NCBI GenBank assembly: GCA_043228905.1
Contig: JBHGNT010000037.1
Coordinates: 62,001-126,000 of the forward strand
Direction: 5' to 3'
Length of the DNA: 64,000 nt
From: Azolla caroliniana
Lineage: Eukaryota; Plantae; Polypodiophyta
Numbering within the stretch: position 1 is the stretch's first letter; every line of letters starts with the position of its first letter. Both the position numbers and the translations under genes were made by a program. Positions 28,201-43,310 of the stretch are shown one piece after another. The notes beneath the pieces were generated by a model that made no database searches, was not told where the DNA came from, and saw nothing but the letters and a program-made list of their open reading frames with translations.

Positions 28201-31200
28201 ATACCTGGCTCGTGTGATATCGGATTTTTGTGTTCAAACATGCGAATGGAAGCTAACAACGCTAGCTATGATATAGAATTAAAAAATTAAGATTTTGAAA
28301 CTCAGGTCGAGAGACATGAGGAAATTAGCGTATTTCAAGAAGGAGTTGAGAAGAGCCAGTGAGTAAATTAAAATGTTCATACCTGGCACGTGTGATATCG
28401 GATTTTTGTGTTCAAACATGCGAATCGAAGATAACAACGCTAGCTATGATATAGAATTAAATAATCGAGATTTTAAAACTCAGGTCGAGAGACATGAAGA
28501 AATTACAATATTTGAGGAGGGAGTTGAGAAGAGCTAGTGAGTAAATTAAAATGTTCATACCTGGCTCGTGTGATATCGGATTTTTGTGTTCAAACATGCG
28601 AATCGAAGCTAACAAGGCTAGCTATGACATAGAATTAAAAAATTGAGATTTTGAAACTGACGTCGAAAGACATGAGGAAATTAGCATGTTGGAGGAGGGA
28701 GTTGAGAAGAGCGAGTGAGTAAATTAAAATGGTCATACCTGGCTCGTGTGATATCGGATTTCTGTGTTCAAACATGCGAATCGAAGCTAACAAGGCTAGC
28801 TATGACATAGAATTAAAAAATCGAGATTTTGAAACTCAGGTCGAGAGACATGAGGAAATTAGCATATTTGAGGAGGGAGTTGAGAAGAGCGAGTGAGTAA
28901 ATTAAACTGGTCAAACCTGGCACGTGTGATATCCGATTTCTCTGTTCAAACATGCGAATCGAAGCTAACAACGCTAGCTTTGATATAGAATTTAAAAATC
29001 AAGATTTTGAAACTCACGTCGAAAGACATGAGGAAATTAGAATATTTGAGGAGGGAGTTGAGAAGAGCTAGTGAGTAAATTAAAATGTTCATACCTGGCT
29101 CGTGTGATATCGGATTTTTGTGTTCAAACATGCGAATCGAAGCTAACAACGCTAGCTATCATATAGAATTAAAAAATCGAGATTTTGAAACTCAGGTCGA
29201 GAGACATGAGGAAATTAGCATATTTCAAGAAGGAGTTGAGAAGAGCCAGTCAGTAAATTAAAATGTTCAGACCTGGCACGTGTGATATCGGATTTTTGTG
29301 TTCAAACATGCGAATCGAAGATAACAACGCTAGCTATGATATAGAATTAAATAATCGAGATTTTGAAACTCAGGTCGAGAGACATGAAGAAATTACAATA
29401 TTTGAGGAGGGAGTTGAGAAGAGCTAGTGAGTAAATTAAAATGTTCATACCTGGCTCGTGTGATATCGGATTTTTGTGTTCAAACATGCGAATCGAAGCT
29501 AACAACGCTAGCTATGATATAGAATTAAAAAATTGAGATTTTGAAACTCAGGTCGAGAGACATGAGGAAATTAGCGTATTTCAAGAAGGAGTTGAGAAGA
29601 GCCAGTCAGTAAATTAAAATGTTCATACCTGGGACGTCTGATATCGGATTTTTGTGTTCAAACATGCGAATCGAAGATAACAACGCTAGCTATGATATAG
29701 AATTAAATAATCGAGATTTTAAAACTCAGGTCGAGAGACATGAAGAAATTACAATATTTGAGGAGGGAGTTGAGAAGAGCTAGTGAGTAAATTAAAATGT
29801 TCATACCTGGCTCGTGTGATATCGGATTTCTGTGTTCAAACATGCGAATCGAAGCTAACAACGCTAGCTATGATATAGAATTAAAAAATCAAGATTTTGA
29901 AACTGACGTCGAAAGACATGAGGAAATTAGCATGTTGGAGGAGGGAGTTGAGAAGAGCGAGTGAGTAAATTAAAATGGTCATACCTGGCTCGTGTGATAT
30001 CGGATTTCTGTGTTCAAACATGCGAATCGAAACTAACAAGGCTAGCTATGATATAGAATTAAAAAATCAAGATTTTGAAACTCAGGTCGAGAGACATGCC
30101 GAAATTAGCATATTTGAAGAGGGAGTTGAGAAGAGCCAGTGAGTAAATTAAAATGGTCATACCTGGCTCGTGTGATATCGGATTTCTGTGTTCAAACATG
30201 CAAATCGAAGCTAACAAGGCTAGCTATGATATAGAATTAAAAAATCAAGATTTTGAAACTGACGTCGAAAGACATGAGGAAATTACAATATTTGAGGAGG
30301 GAGTTGAGAAGAGGTAGTGAGTAAATTAAAATGTTCATACCTGGCTCGTGTGATATCGGATTTTTGTGTTCAAACATGCGAATCGAAGCTAACAACGCTA
30401 GCTATCATATAGAATTAAAAAATCGAGATTTTGAAACTCAGGTCGAGAGAGATGAGGAAATTAGCATATTTCAAGAAGGAGTTGAGAAGAGCCAGTCAGT
30501 AAATTAAAATGTTCAGACCTGGCACGTGTGATATCGGATTTTTGTGTTCAAACATGCGAATCGAAGATAACAACGCTAGCTATGATATAGAATTAAATAA
30601 TCGAGATTTTGAAACTCAGGTCGAGAGACATGAAGAAATTACAATATTTGAGGAGGGAGTTGAGAAGAGCTAGTGAGTAAATTAAAATGTTCATACCTGG
30701 CTCGTGTGATATCGGATTTTTGTGTTCAAACATGCGAATCGAAGCTAACAACGCTAGCTATGATATAGAATTAAAAAATTGAGATTTTGAAACTCAGGTC
30801 GAGAGACATGAGGAAATTAGCGTATTTCAAGAAGGAGTTGAGAAGAGCCAGTCAGTAAAATTAAAATGTTCATACCTGGGACGTCTGATATCGGATTTTT
30901 GTGTTCAAACATGCGAATCGAAGATAACAACGCTAGCTATGATATAGAATTAAATAATCGAGATTTTAAAACTCAGGTCGAGAGACATGAAGAAATTACA
31001 ATATTTGAGGAGGGAGTTGAGAAGAGCTAGTGAGTAAATTAAAATGTTCATACCTGGCTCGTGTGATATCGGATTTCTGTGTTCAAACATGCGAATCGAA
31101 GCTAACAACGCTAGCTATGATATAGAATTAAAAAATCAAGATTTTGAAACTGACGTCGAAAGACATGAGGAAATTAGCATGTTGGAGGAGGGAGTTGAGA

Positions 31201-33344
31201 AGAGCGAGTGAGTAAATTAAAATGGTCATACCTGGCTCGTGTGATATCGGATTTCTGTGTTCAAACATGCGAATCGAAACTAACAAGGCTAGCTATGATA
31301 TAGAATTAAAAAATCAAGATTTTGAAACTCAGGTCGAGAGACATGCCGAAATTAGCATATTTGAGGAGGGAGTTGAGAAGAGCGTGTGAGTAAATTAAAA
31401 TGGTCATACCTGGCTCGTGTGATATCGGATTTCTGTGTTCAAACATGCCAATCGAAGCTAACAAGGCTAGCTATGATATAGAATTAAAAAATCCAGATTT
31501 TGAAACTGACGTCGAAAGACATGAGAAAATTAGCATGTTGGAGGAGGGAGTTGAGAAGAGCGAGTGAGTAAATTAAAATGGTCATACCTGGCTCGTGTGA
31601 TATCGGATTTCTGTGTTCAAACATGCGAATCGAAACTAACAAGGCTAGCTATGATATAGAATTAAAAAATCAAGATTTTGAGACTCAGGTCGAGAGACAT
31701 GCCGAAATTAGCATATTTGAGGAGGGAGTTGAGAAGAGCGTGTGAGTAAATTAAAATGGTCATACCTGGCTCGTGTGATATCGGATTTCTGTGTTCAAAC
31801 ATGCAAATCGAAGCTAACAAGGCTAGCTATGATATAGAATTAAAAAATCAAGATTTTGAAACTGACGTCGAAAGACATGAGAAAATTAGCATGTTGGAGG
31901 AGGGAGTTGAGAAGAGCGAGTGAGTAAATTAAAATGGTCATACCTGGCTCGTGTGATATCGGATTTCTGTGTTCAAACATGCGAATCGAAACTAACAAGC
32001 CTAGCTATGATATAGAATTAAAAATTCGTGATTTTGAAACTCAGGTCGAGAGACATGAGGAAATTAGCATATTTGAGGAGGGAGTTGAGAAGAGCCAGTG
32101 AGTAAATTAAAATGGTCATACCTGGCTCGTGTGATATCGGATTTCTGTGTTCAAACATGCGAATCGAAACTAACAAGGCTAGCTATGATATAGAATTAAA
32201 AAATCGTGATTTTGAAACTCAGGTCGAGAGACATGAGGAAATTAGCATATTTGAGGAGGGAGTTGAGAAGAGCCAGTGAGTAAATTAAAATGGTCATACC
32301 TGGCTTGTGTGATATCGGATTTCTCTGTTCAAACATGCGAATCGAAGCTAACAACGCTAGCTATGATATAGAATTAAAAAATCGAGATTTTGAAACTCAG
32401 GTCGAGCGACATGAGGAAATTAGAATATTTGAGGAGGGAGTTGAGAAGAGCTAGTGAGTAAATTAAAATGTTCATACCTGGCACGTGTGATATCGGATTT
32501 TTGTGTTCAAACATGCGAATCGAAGATAACAACGCTAGCTATGATATAGAATTAAATAATCGAGATTTTAAAACTCAGGTCGAGAGACATGAAGAAATTA
32601 CAATATTTGAGGAGGGAGTTGAGAAGAGCTAGTGAGTAAATTAAAATGTTCATACCTGGCTCGTGTGATATCGGATTTCTGTGTTCAAACATGCGAATCG
32701 AAGCTAACAAGGCTAGCTATGACATAGAATTAAAAAATTGAGATTTTGAAACTGACGTCGAAAGACATGAGGAAATTAGCATGTTGGAGGAGGGAGTTGA
32801 GAAGAGCGAGTGAGTAAATTAAAATGGTCATACCTGGCTCGTGTGATATCGGATTTCTGTGTTCAAACATGCGAATCGAAGCTAACAAGGCTAGCTATGA
32901 CATAGAATTAAAAAATCGAGATTTTGAAACTCAGGTCGAGAGACATGAGGAAATTAGCATATTTGAGGAGGGAGTTGAGAAGAGCGAGTGAGTAAATTAA
33001 ACTGGTCAAATCTGGCACGTGTGATATCCGATTTCTCTGTTCAAACATGCGAATCGAAGCTAACAACGCTAGCTTTGATATAGAATTTAAAAATCAAGAT
33101 TTTGAAACTCACGTCGTAAGACATGAGGAAATTAGCATGTTGGAGGAGGGAGTTGAGAAGAGCGAGTGAGTAAATTAAAATGGTCATACCTGGCTCGTGT
33201 GATATCGGATTTCTGTGTTCAAACATGCGAATCGAAACTAACAAGGCTAGCTATGATATAGAATTAAAAAATCAAGATTTTGAAACTCAGGTCGAGAGAC
33301 ATGCCGAAATTAGCATATTTGAGGAGGGAGTTGAGAAGAGCGTG

Positions 33345-36300
33345 TGAGTAAATTAAAATGGTCATACCTGGCTCGTGTGATATCGGATTTCTGTGTTCAA
33401 ACATGCAAATCGAAGCTAACAAGGCTAGCTATGATATAGAATTAAAAAATCAAGATTTTGAAACTGACGTCGAAAGACATGAGAAAATTAGCATGTTGGA
33501 GGAGGGAGTTGAGAAGAGCGAGTGAGTAAATTAAAATGGTCATACCTGGCTCGTGTGATATCGGATTTCTGTGTTCAAACATGCGAATCGAAACTAACAA
33601 GGCTAGCTATGATATAGAATTAAAAAATCAAGATTTTGAAACTCAGGTCGAGAGACATGCCGAAATTAGCATATTTGAGGAGGGAGTTGAGAAGAGCGTG
33701 TGAGTAAATTAAAATGGTCATATCTGGCTCGTGTGATATCGGATTTCTGTGTTCAAACATGCAAATCGAAGCTAACAAGGCTAGCTATGATATAGAATTA
33801 AAAAATCAAGATTTTGAAACTGACGTCGAAAGACATGAGAAAATTAGCATGTTGGAGGAGGGAGTTGAGAAGAGCGAGTGAGTAAATTAAAATGGTCATA
33901 CCTGGCTCGTGTGATATCGGATTTCTGTGTTCAAACATGCGAATCGAAACTAACAAGCCTAGCTATGATATAGAATTAAAAATTCGTGATTTTGAAACTC
34001 AGGTCGAGAGACATGAGGAAATTAGCATATTTGAGGAGGGAGTTGAGAAGAGCCAGTGAGTAAATTAAAATGGTCATACCTGGCTCGTGTGATATCGGAT
34101 TTCTGTGTTCAAACATGCGAATCGAAACTAACAAGGCTAGCTATGATATAGAATTAAAAAATCGTGATTTTGAAACTCAGGTCGAGAGACATGAGGAAAT
34201 TAGCATATTTGAGGAGGGAGTTGAGAAGAGCCAGTGAGTAAATTAAAATGGTCATACCTGGCTTGTGTGATATCGGATTTCTTTGTTCAAACATGCGAAT
34301 CGAAGCTAACAACGCTATCTATGATATAGAATTAAAAAATCGAGATTTTGAAACTCAAGTCGAGCGACATGAGGAAATTAGAATATTTGAGGAGGGAGTT
34401 GAGAAGAGCTAGTGAGTAAATTAAAATGTTCATACCTGGCACGTGTGATATCGGATTTTTGTGTTCAAACATGCGAATCGAAGATAACAACGCTAGCTAT
34501 GATATAGAATTAAATAATCGAGACTTTGAAACTCAGGTCGAGAGACATGAAGAAATTACAATATTTGAGGAGGGAGTTGAGAAGAGCTAGTGAGTAAATT
34601 AAAATGTTCATACCTGGCTCGTGTGATATCGGATTTTTGTGTTCAAACATGCAAATCGAAGCTAACAACGCTAGCTATGATATAGAATTAAAAAATCGAG
34701 ATTTTGAAATTCAGGTCGAGAGACATGAGGAAATTAGCGTATTTCAAGAAGGAGTTGAGAAGAGCCAGTGAGTAAATTAAAATGTTCATACCTGGCACGT
34801 CTGATATCGGATTTTTGTGTTCAAACATGCGAATCGAAGATAAGAACGCTAGCTATGATATAGACTTAAATAATCGAGATTTTGAAACTCAGGTCGAGAG
34901 ACATGAAGAAATTACAATATTTGAGGAGGGAGTTGAGAAGAGCTAGTGAGTAAATTAAAATGTTCAGACCTGGCACGTGTGATATCGGATTTTTGTGTTC
35001 AAACATGCGAATCGAAGATAACAACGCTAGCTATGATATAGAATTAAATAATCGAGATTTTGAAACTCAGGTCGAGAGACATGAAGAAATTACAATATTT
35101 GAGGAGGGAGTTGAGAAGAGCTAGTGAGTAAATTAAAATGTTCATACCTGGCTCGTGTGATATCGGATTTTTGTGTTCAAACATGCGAATCGAAGCTAAC
35201 AACGCTAGCTATGATATAGAATTAAAAAATCGAGATTTTGAAACTCAGGTCGAGCGACATGAGGAAATTAGAATATTTGAGGAGGGAGTTGAGAAGAGCT
35301 AGTGAGTAAATTAAAATGTTCATACCTGGCACGTGTGATATCGGATTTTTGTGTTCAAACATGCGAATCGAAGATAACAACGCTAGCTATGATATAGAAT
35401 TAAATAATCGAGACTTTGAAACTCAGGTCGAGAGACATGAAGAAATTACAATATTTGAGGAGGGAGTTGAGAAGAGCTAGTGAGTAAATTAAAATGTTCA
35501 TACCTGGCTCGTGTGATATCGGATTTCTGTGTTCAAACATGCGAATCGAAGCTAACAACGCTAGCTATGATATAGAATTAAAAAATCAAGATTTTGAAAC
35601 TGACGTCGAAAGACATGAGGAAATTAGCATGTTGGAGGAGGGAGTTGAGAAGAGCGAGTGAGTAAATTAAAATGGTCATACCTGGCTCGTGTGATATCGG
35701 ATTTCTGTGTTCAAACATGCGAATCGAAACTAACAAGGCTAGCTATGATATAGAATTAAAAAATCAAGATTTTGAAACTCAGGTCGAGAGACATGCCGAA
35801 ATTAGCATATTTGAGGAGGGAGTTGAGAAGAGCCAGTGAGTAAATTAAAATGGTCATACCTGGCTCGTGTGATATCGGATTTCTGTGTTCAAACATGCAA
35901 ATCGAAGCTAACAAGGCTAGCTATGATATAGAATTAAAAAATCAAGATTTTGAAACTGACGTCGAAAGACATGAGAAAATTAGCATGTTGGAGGAGGGAG
36001 TTGAGAAGAGCGAGTGAGTAAATTAAAATGGTCATACCTGGCTCGTGTGATATCGGATTTCTGTGTTCAAACATGCGAATCGAAACTAACAAGGCTAGCT
36101 ATGATATAGAATTAAAAAATCAAGATTTTGAAACTCAGGTCGAGAGACATGCCGAAATTAGCATATTTGAGGAGGGAGTTGAGAAGAGCGTGTGAGTAAA
36201 TTAAAATGGTCATATCTGGCTCGTGTGATATCGGATTTCTGTGTTCAAACATGCAAATCGAAGCTAACAAGGCTAGCTATGATATAGAATTAAAAAATCA

Positions 36301-39300
36301 AGATTTTGAAACTGACGTCGAAAGACATGAGAAAATTAGCATGTTGGAGGAGGGAGTTGAGAAGAGCGAGTGAGTAAATTAAAATGGTCATACCTGGCTC
36401 GTGTGATATCGGATTTCTGTGTTCAAACATGCGAATCGAAACTAACAAGCCTAGCTATGATATAGAATTAAAAATTCGTGATTTTGAAACTCAGGTCGAG
36501 AGACATGAGGAAATTAGCATATTTGAGGAGGGAGTTGAGAAGAGCCAGTGAGTAAATTAAAATGGTCATACCTGGCTCGTGTGATATCGGATTTCTGTGT
36601 TCAAACATGCGAATCGAAACTAACAAGGCTAGCTATGATATAGAATTAAAAAATCGTGATTTTGAAACTCAGGTCGAGAGACATGAGGAAATTAGCATAT
36701 TTGAGGAGGGAGTTGAGAAGAGCCAGTGAGTAAATTAAAATGGTCATACCTGGCTTGTGTGATATCGGATTTCTTTGTTCAAACATGCGAATCGAAGCTA
36801 ACAACGCTATCTATGATATAGAATTAAAAAATCGAGATTTTGAAACTCAAGTCGAGCGACATGAGGAAATTAGAATATTTGAGGAGGGAGTTGAGAAGAG
36901 CTAGTGAGTAAATTAAAATGTTCATACCTGGCACGTGTGATATCGGATTTTTGTGTTCAAACATGCGAATCGAAGATAACAACGCTAGCTATGATATAGA
37001 ATTAAATAATCGAGACTTTGAAACTCAGGTCGAGAGACATGAAGAAATTACAATATTTGAGGAGGGAGTTGAGAAGAGCTAGTGAGTAAATTAAAATGTT
37101 CATACCTGGCTCGTGTGATATCGGATTTTTGTGTTCAAACATGCAAATCGAAGCTAACAACGCTAGCTATGATATAGAATTAAAAAATCGAGATTTTGAA
37201 ATTCAGGTCGAGAGACATGAGGAAATTAGCGTATTTCAAGAAGGAGTTGAGAAGAGCCAGTGAGTAAATTAAAATGTTCATACCTGGCACGTCTGATATC
37301 GGATTTTTGTGTTCAAACATGCGAATCGAAGATAAGAACGCTAGCTATGATATAGACTTAAATAATCGAGATTTTGAAACTCAGGTCGAGAGACATGAAG
37401 AAATTACAATATTTGAGGAGGGAGTTGAGAAGAGCTAGTGAGTAAATTAAAATGTTCAGACCTGGCACGTGTGATATCGGATTTTTGTGTTCAAACATGC
37501 GAATCGAAGATAACAACGCTAGCTATGATATAGAATTAAATAATCGAGATTTTGAAACTCAGGTCGAGAGACATGAAGAAATTACAATATTTGAGGAGGG
37601 AGTTGAGAAGAGCTAGTGAGTAAATTAAAATGTTCATACCTGGCTCGTGTGATATCGGATTTTTGTGTTCAAACATGCGAATCGAAGCTAACAACGCTAG
37701 CTATGATATAGAATTAAAAAATCGAGATTTTGAAACTCAGGTCGAGCGACATGAGGAAATTAGAATATTTGAGGAGGGAGTTGAGAAGAGCTAGTGAGTA
37801 AATTAAAATGTTCATACCTGGCACGTGTGATATCGGATTTTTGTGTTCAAACATGCGAATCGAAGATAACAACGCTAGCTATGATATAGAATTAAATAAT
37901 CGAGACTTTGAAACTCAGGTCGAGAGACATGAAGAAATTACAATATTTGAGGAGGGAGTTGAGAAGAGCTAGTGAGTAAATTAAAATGTTCATACCTGGC
38001 TCGTGTGATATCGGATTTCTGTGTTCAAACATGCGAATCGAAGCTAACAACGCTAGCTATGATATAGAATTAAAAAATCAAGATTTTGAAACTGACGTCG
38101 AAAGACATGAGGAAATTAGCATGTTGGAGGAGGGAGTTGAGAAGAGCGAGTGAGTAAATTAAAATGGTCATACCTGGCTCGTGTGATATCGGATTTCTGT
38201 GTTCAAACATGCGAATCGAAACTAACAAGGCTAGCTATGATATAGAATTAAAAAATCAAGATTTTGAAACTCAGGTCGAGAGACATGCCGAAATTAGCAT
38301 ATTTGAGGAGGGAGTTGAGAAGAGCCAGTGAGTAAATTAAAATGGTCATACCTGGCTCGTGTGATATCGGATTTCTGTGTTCAAACATGCAAATCGAAGC
38401 TAACAAGGCTAGCTATGATATAGAATTAAAAAATCAAGATTTTGAAACTGACGTCGAAAGACATGAGAAAATTAGCATGTTGGAGGAGGGAGTTGAGAAG
38501 AGCGAGTGAGTAAATTAAAATGGTCATACCTGGCTCGTGTGATATCGGATTTCTGTGTTCAAACATGCGAATCGAAACTAACAAGGCTAGCTATGATATA
38601 GAATTAAAAAATCAAGATTTTGAAACTCAGGTCGAGAGACATGCCGAAATTAGCATATTTGAGGAGGGAGTTGAGAAGAGCGTGTGAGTAAATTAAAATG
38701 GTCATATCTGGCTCGTGTGATATCGGATTTCTGTGTTCAAACATGCAAATCGAAGCTAACAAGGCTAGCTATGATATAGAATTAAAAAATCAAGATTTTG
38801 AAACTGACGTCGAAAGACATGAGAAAATTAGCATGTTGGAGGAGGGAGTTGAGAAGAGCGAGTGAGTAAATTAAAATGGTCATACCTGGCTCGTGTGATA
38901 TCGGATTTCTGTGTTCAAACATGCGAATCGAAACTAACAAGCCTAGCTATGATATAGAATTAAAAATTCGTGATTTTGAAACTCAGGTCGAGAGACATGA
39001 GGAAATTAGCATATTTGAGGAGGGAGTTGAGAAGAGCCAGTGAGTAAATTAAAATGGTCATACCTGGCTCGTGTGATATCGGATTTCTGTGTTCAAACAT
39101 GCGAATCGAAACTAACAAGGCTAGCTATGATATAGAATTAAAAAATCGTGATTTTGAAACTCAGGTCGAGAGACATGAGGAAATTAGCATATTTGAGGAG
39201 GGAGTTGAGAAGAGCCAGTGAGTAAATTAAAATGGTCATACCTGGCTTGTGTGATATCGGATTTCTTTGTTCAAACATGCGAATCGAAGCTAACAACGCT

Positions 39301-42300
39301 ATCTATGATATAGAATTAAAAAATCGAGATTTTGAAACTCAAGTCGAGCGACATGAGGAAATTAGAATATTTGAGGAGGGAGTTGAGAAGAGCTAGTGAG
39401 TAAATTAAAATGTTCATACCTGGCACGTGTGATATCGGATTTTTGTGTTCAAACATGCGAATCGAAGATAACAACGCTAGCTATGATATAGAATTAAATA
39501 ATCGAGACTTTGAAACTCAGGTCGAGAGACATGAAGAAATTACAATATTTGAGGAGGGAGTTGAGAAGAGCTAGTGAGTAAATTAAAATGTTCATACCTG
39601 GCTCGTGTGATATCGGATTTTTGTGTTCAAACATGCAAATCGAAGCTAACAACGCTAGCTATGATATAGAATTAAAAAATCGAGATTTTGAAATTCAGGT
39701 CGAGAGACATGAGGAAATTAGCGTATTTCAAGAAGGAGTTGAGAAGAGCCAGTGAGTAAATTAAAATGTTCATACCTGGCACGTCTGATATCGGATTTTT
39801 GTGTTCAAACATGCGAATCGAAGATAAGAACGCTAGCTATGATATAGACTTAAATAATCGAGATTTTGAAACTCAGGTCGAGAGACATGAAGAAATTACA
39901 ATATTTGAGGAGGGAGTTGAGAAGAGCTAGTGAGTAAATTAAAATGTTCAGACCTGGCACGTGTGATATCGGATTTTTGTGTTCAAACATGCGAATCGAA
40001 GATAACAACGCTAGCTATGATATAGAATTAAATAATCGAGATTTTGAAACTCAGGTCGAGAGACATGAAGAAATTACAATATTTGAGGAGGGAGTTGAGA
40101 AGAGCTAGTGAGTAAATTAAAATGTTCATACCTGGCTCGTGTGATATCGGATTTTTGTGTTCAAACATGCGAATCGAAGCTAACAACGCTAGCTATGATA
40201 TAGAATTAAAAAATCGAGATTTTGAAACTCAGGTCGAGCGACATGAGGAAATTAGAATATTTGAGGAGGGAGTTGAGAAGAGCTAGTGAGTAAATTAAAA
40301 TGTTCATACCTGGCACGTGTGATATCGGATTTTTGTGTTCAAACATGCGAATCGAAGATAACAACGCTAGCTATGATATAGAATTAAATAATCGAGACTT
40401 TGAAACTCAGGTCGAGAGACATGAAGAAATTACAATATTTGAGGAGGGAGTTGAGAAGAGCTAGTGAGTAAATTAAAATGTTCATACCTGGCTCGTGTGA
40501 TATCGGATTTCTGTGTTCAAACATGCGAATCGAAGCTAACAACGCTAGCTATGATATAGAATTAAAAAATCAAGATTTTGAAACTGACGTCGAAAGACAT
40601 GAGGAAATTAGCATGTTGGAGGAGGGAGTTGAGAAGAGCGAGTGAGTAAATTAAAATGGTCATACCTGGCTCGTGTGATATCGGATTTCTGTGTTCAAAC
40701 ATGCGAATCGAAACTAACAAGGCTAGCTATGATATAGAATTAAAAAATCAAGATTTTGAAACTCAGGTCGAGAGACATGCCGAAATTAGCATATTTGAGG
40801 AGGGAGTTGAGAAGAGCCAGTGAGTAAATTAAAATGGTCATACCTGGCTCGTGTGATATCGGATTTCTGTGTTCAAACATGCAAATCGAAGCTAACAAGG
40901 CTAGCTATGATATAGAATTAAAAAATCAAGATTTTGAAACTGACGTCGAAAGACATGAGAAAATTAGCATGTTGGAGGAGGGAGTTGAGAAGAGCGAGTG
41001 AGTAAATTAAAATGGTCATACCTGGCTCGTGTGATATCGGATTTCTGTGTTCAAACATGCGAATCGAAACTAACAAGGCTAGCTATGATATAGAATTAAA
41101 AAATCAAGATTTTGAAACTCAGGTCGAGAGACATGCCGAAATTAGCATATTTGAGGAGGGAGTTGAGAAGAGCGTGTGAGTAAATTAAAATGGTCATATC
41201 TGGCTCGTGTGATATCGGATTTCTGTGTTCAAACATGCAAATCGAAGCTAACAAGGCTAGCTATGATATAGAATTAAAAAATCAAGATTTTGAAACTGAC
41301 GTCGAAAGACATGAGAAAATTAGCATGTTGGAGGAGGGAGTTGAGAAGAGCGAGTGAGTAAATTAAAATGGTCATACCTGGCTCGTGTGATATCGGATTT
41401 CTGTGTTCAAACATGCGAATCGAAACTAACAAGCCTAGCTATGATATAGAATTAAAAATTCGTGATTTTGAAACTCAGGTCGAGAGACATGAGGAAATTA
41501 GCATATTTGAGGAGGGAGTTGAGAAGAGCCAGTGAGTAAATTAAAATGGTCATACCTGGCTCGTGTGATATCGGATTTCTGTGTTCAAACATGCGAATCG
41601 AAACTAACAAGGCTAGCTATGATATAGAATTAAAAAATCGTGATTTTGAAACTCAGGTCGAGAGACATGAGGAAATTAGCATATTTGAGGAGGGAGTTGA
41701 GAAGAGCCAGTGAGTAAATTAAAATGGTCATACCTGGCTTGTGTGATATCGGATTTCTTTGTTCAAACATGCGAATCGAAGCTAACAACGCTATCTATGA
41801 TATAGAATTAAAAAATCGAGATTTTGAAACTCAAGTCGAGCGACATGAGGAAATTAGAATATTTGAGGAGGGAGTTGAGAAGAGCTAGTGAGTAAATTAA
41901 AATGTTCATACCTGGCACGTGTGATATCGGATTTTTGTGTTCAAACATGCGAATCGAAGATAACAACGCTAGCTATGATATAGAATTAAATAATCGAGAC
42001 TTTGAAACTCAGGTCGAGAGACATGAAGAAATTACAATATTTGAGGAGGGAGTTGAGAAGAGCTAGTGAGTAAATTAAAATGTTCATACCTGGCTCGTGT
42101 GATATCGGATTTTTGTGTTCAAACATGCAAATCGAAGCTAACAACGCTAGCTATGATATAGAATTAAAAAATCGAGATTTTGAAATTCAGGTCGAGAGAC
42201 ATGAGGAAATTAGCGTATTTCAAGAAGGAGTTGAGAAGAGCCAGTGAGTAAATTAAAATGTTCATACCTGGCACGTCTGATATCGGATTTTTGTGTTCAA

Positions 42301-43310
42301 ACATGCGAATCGAAGATAAGAACGCTAGCTATGATATAGACTTAAATAATCGAGATTTTGAAACTCAGGTCGAGAGACATGAAGAAATTACAATATTTGA
42401 GGAGGGAGTTGAGAAGAGCTAGTGAGTAAATTAAAATGTTCAGACCTGGCACGTGTGATATCGGATTTTTGTGTTCAAACATGCGAATCGAAGATAACAA
42501 CGCTAGCTATGATATAGAATTAAATAATCGAGATTTTGAAACTCAGGTCGAGAGACATGAAGAAATTACAATATTTGAGGAGGGAGTTGAGAAGAGCTAG
42601 TGAGTAAATTAAAATGTTCATACCTGGCTCGTGTGATATCGGATTTTTGTGTTCAAACATGCAAATCGAAGCTAACAACGCTAGCTATGATATAGAATTA
42701 AAAAATCGAGATTTTGAAACTCAAGTCGAGCGACATGAGGAAATTAGAATATTTGAGGAGGGAGTTGAGAAGAGCTAGTGAGTAAATTAAAATGTTCATA
42801 CCTGGCACGTGTGATATCGGATTTTTGTGTTCAAACATGCGAATCGAAGATAACAACGCTAGCTATGATATAGAATTAAATAATCGAGACTTTGAAACTC
42901 AGGTCGAGAGACATGAAGAAATTACAATATTTGAGGAGGGAGTTGAGAAGAGCTAGTGAGTAAATTAAAATGTTCATACCTGGCTCGTGTGATATCGGAT
43001 TTCTGTGTTCAAACATGCGAATCGAAGCTAACAACGCTAGCTATGATATAGAATTAAAAAATCAAGATTTTGAAACTGACGTCGAAAGACATGAGGAAAT
43101 TAGCATGTTGGAGGAGGGAGTTGAGAAGAGCGAGTGAGTAAATTAAAATAATCATACCTGGCTCGTGTGATATCGGATTTCTGTGTTCAAACATGCGAAT
43201 CGAAACTAACAAGGCTAGCTATGATATAGAATTAAAAAATCAAGATTTTGAAACTCAGGTCGAGAGACATGCCGAAATTAGCATATTTGAGGAGGGAGTT
43301 GAGAAGAGCC
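33345..43310. repeat. 14-mer HOR (2492 bp), about 4 near-identical tandem copies
   Basis: tatctgg at 33721, 36213, 38705 and 41197, each +2492. ggcttgtg, ctcaagtcgagcgac, gaaattcagg and gacttaaataat repeat in the same phase. Confidence 0.95.
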
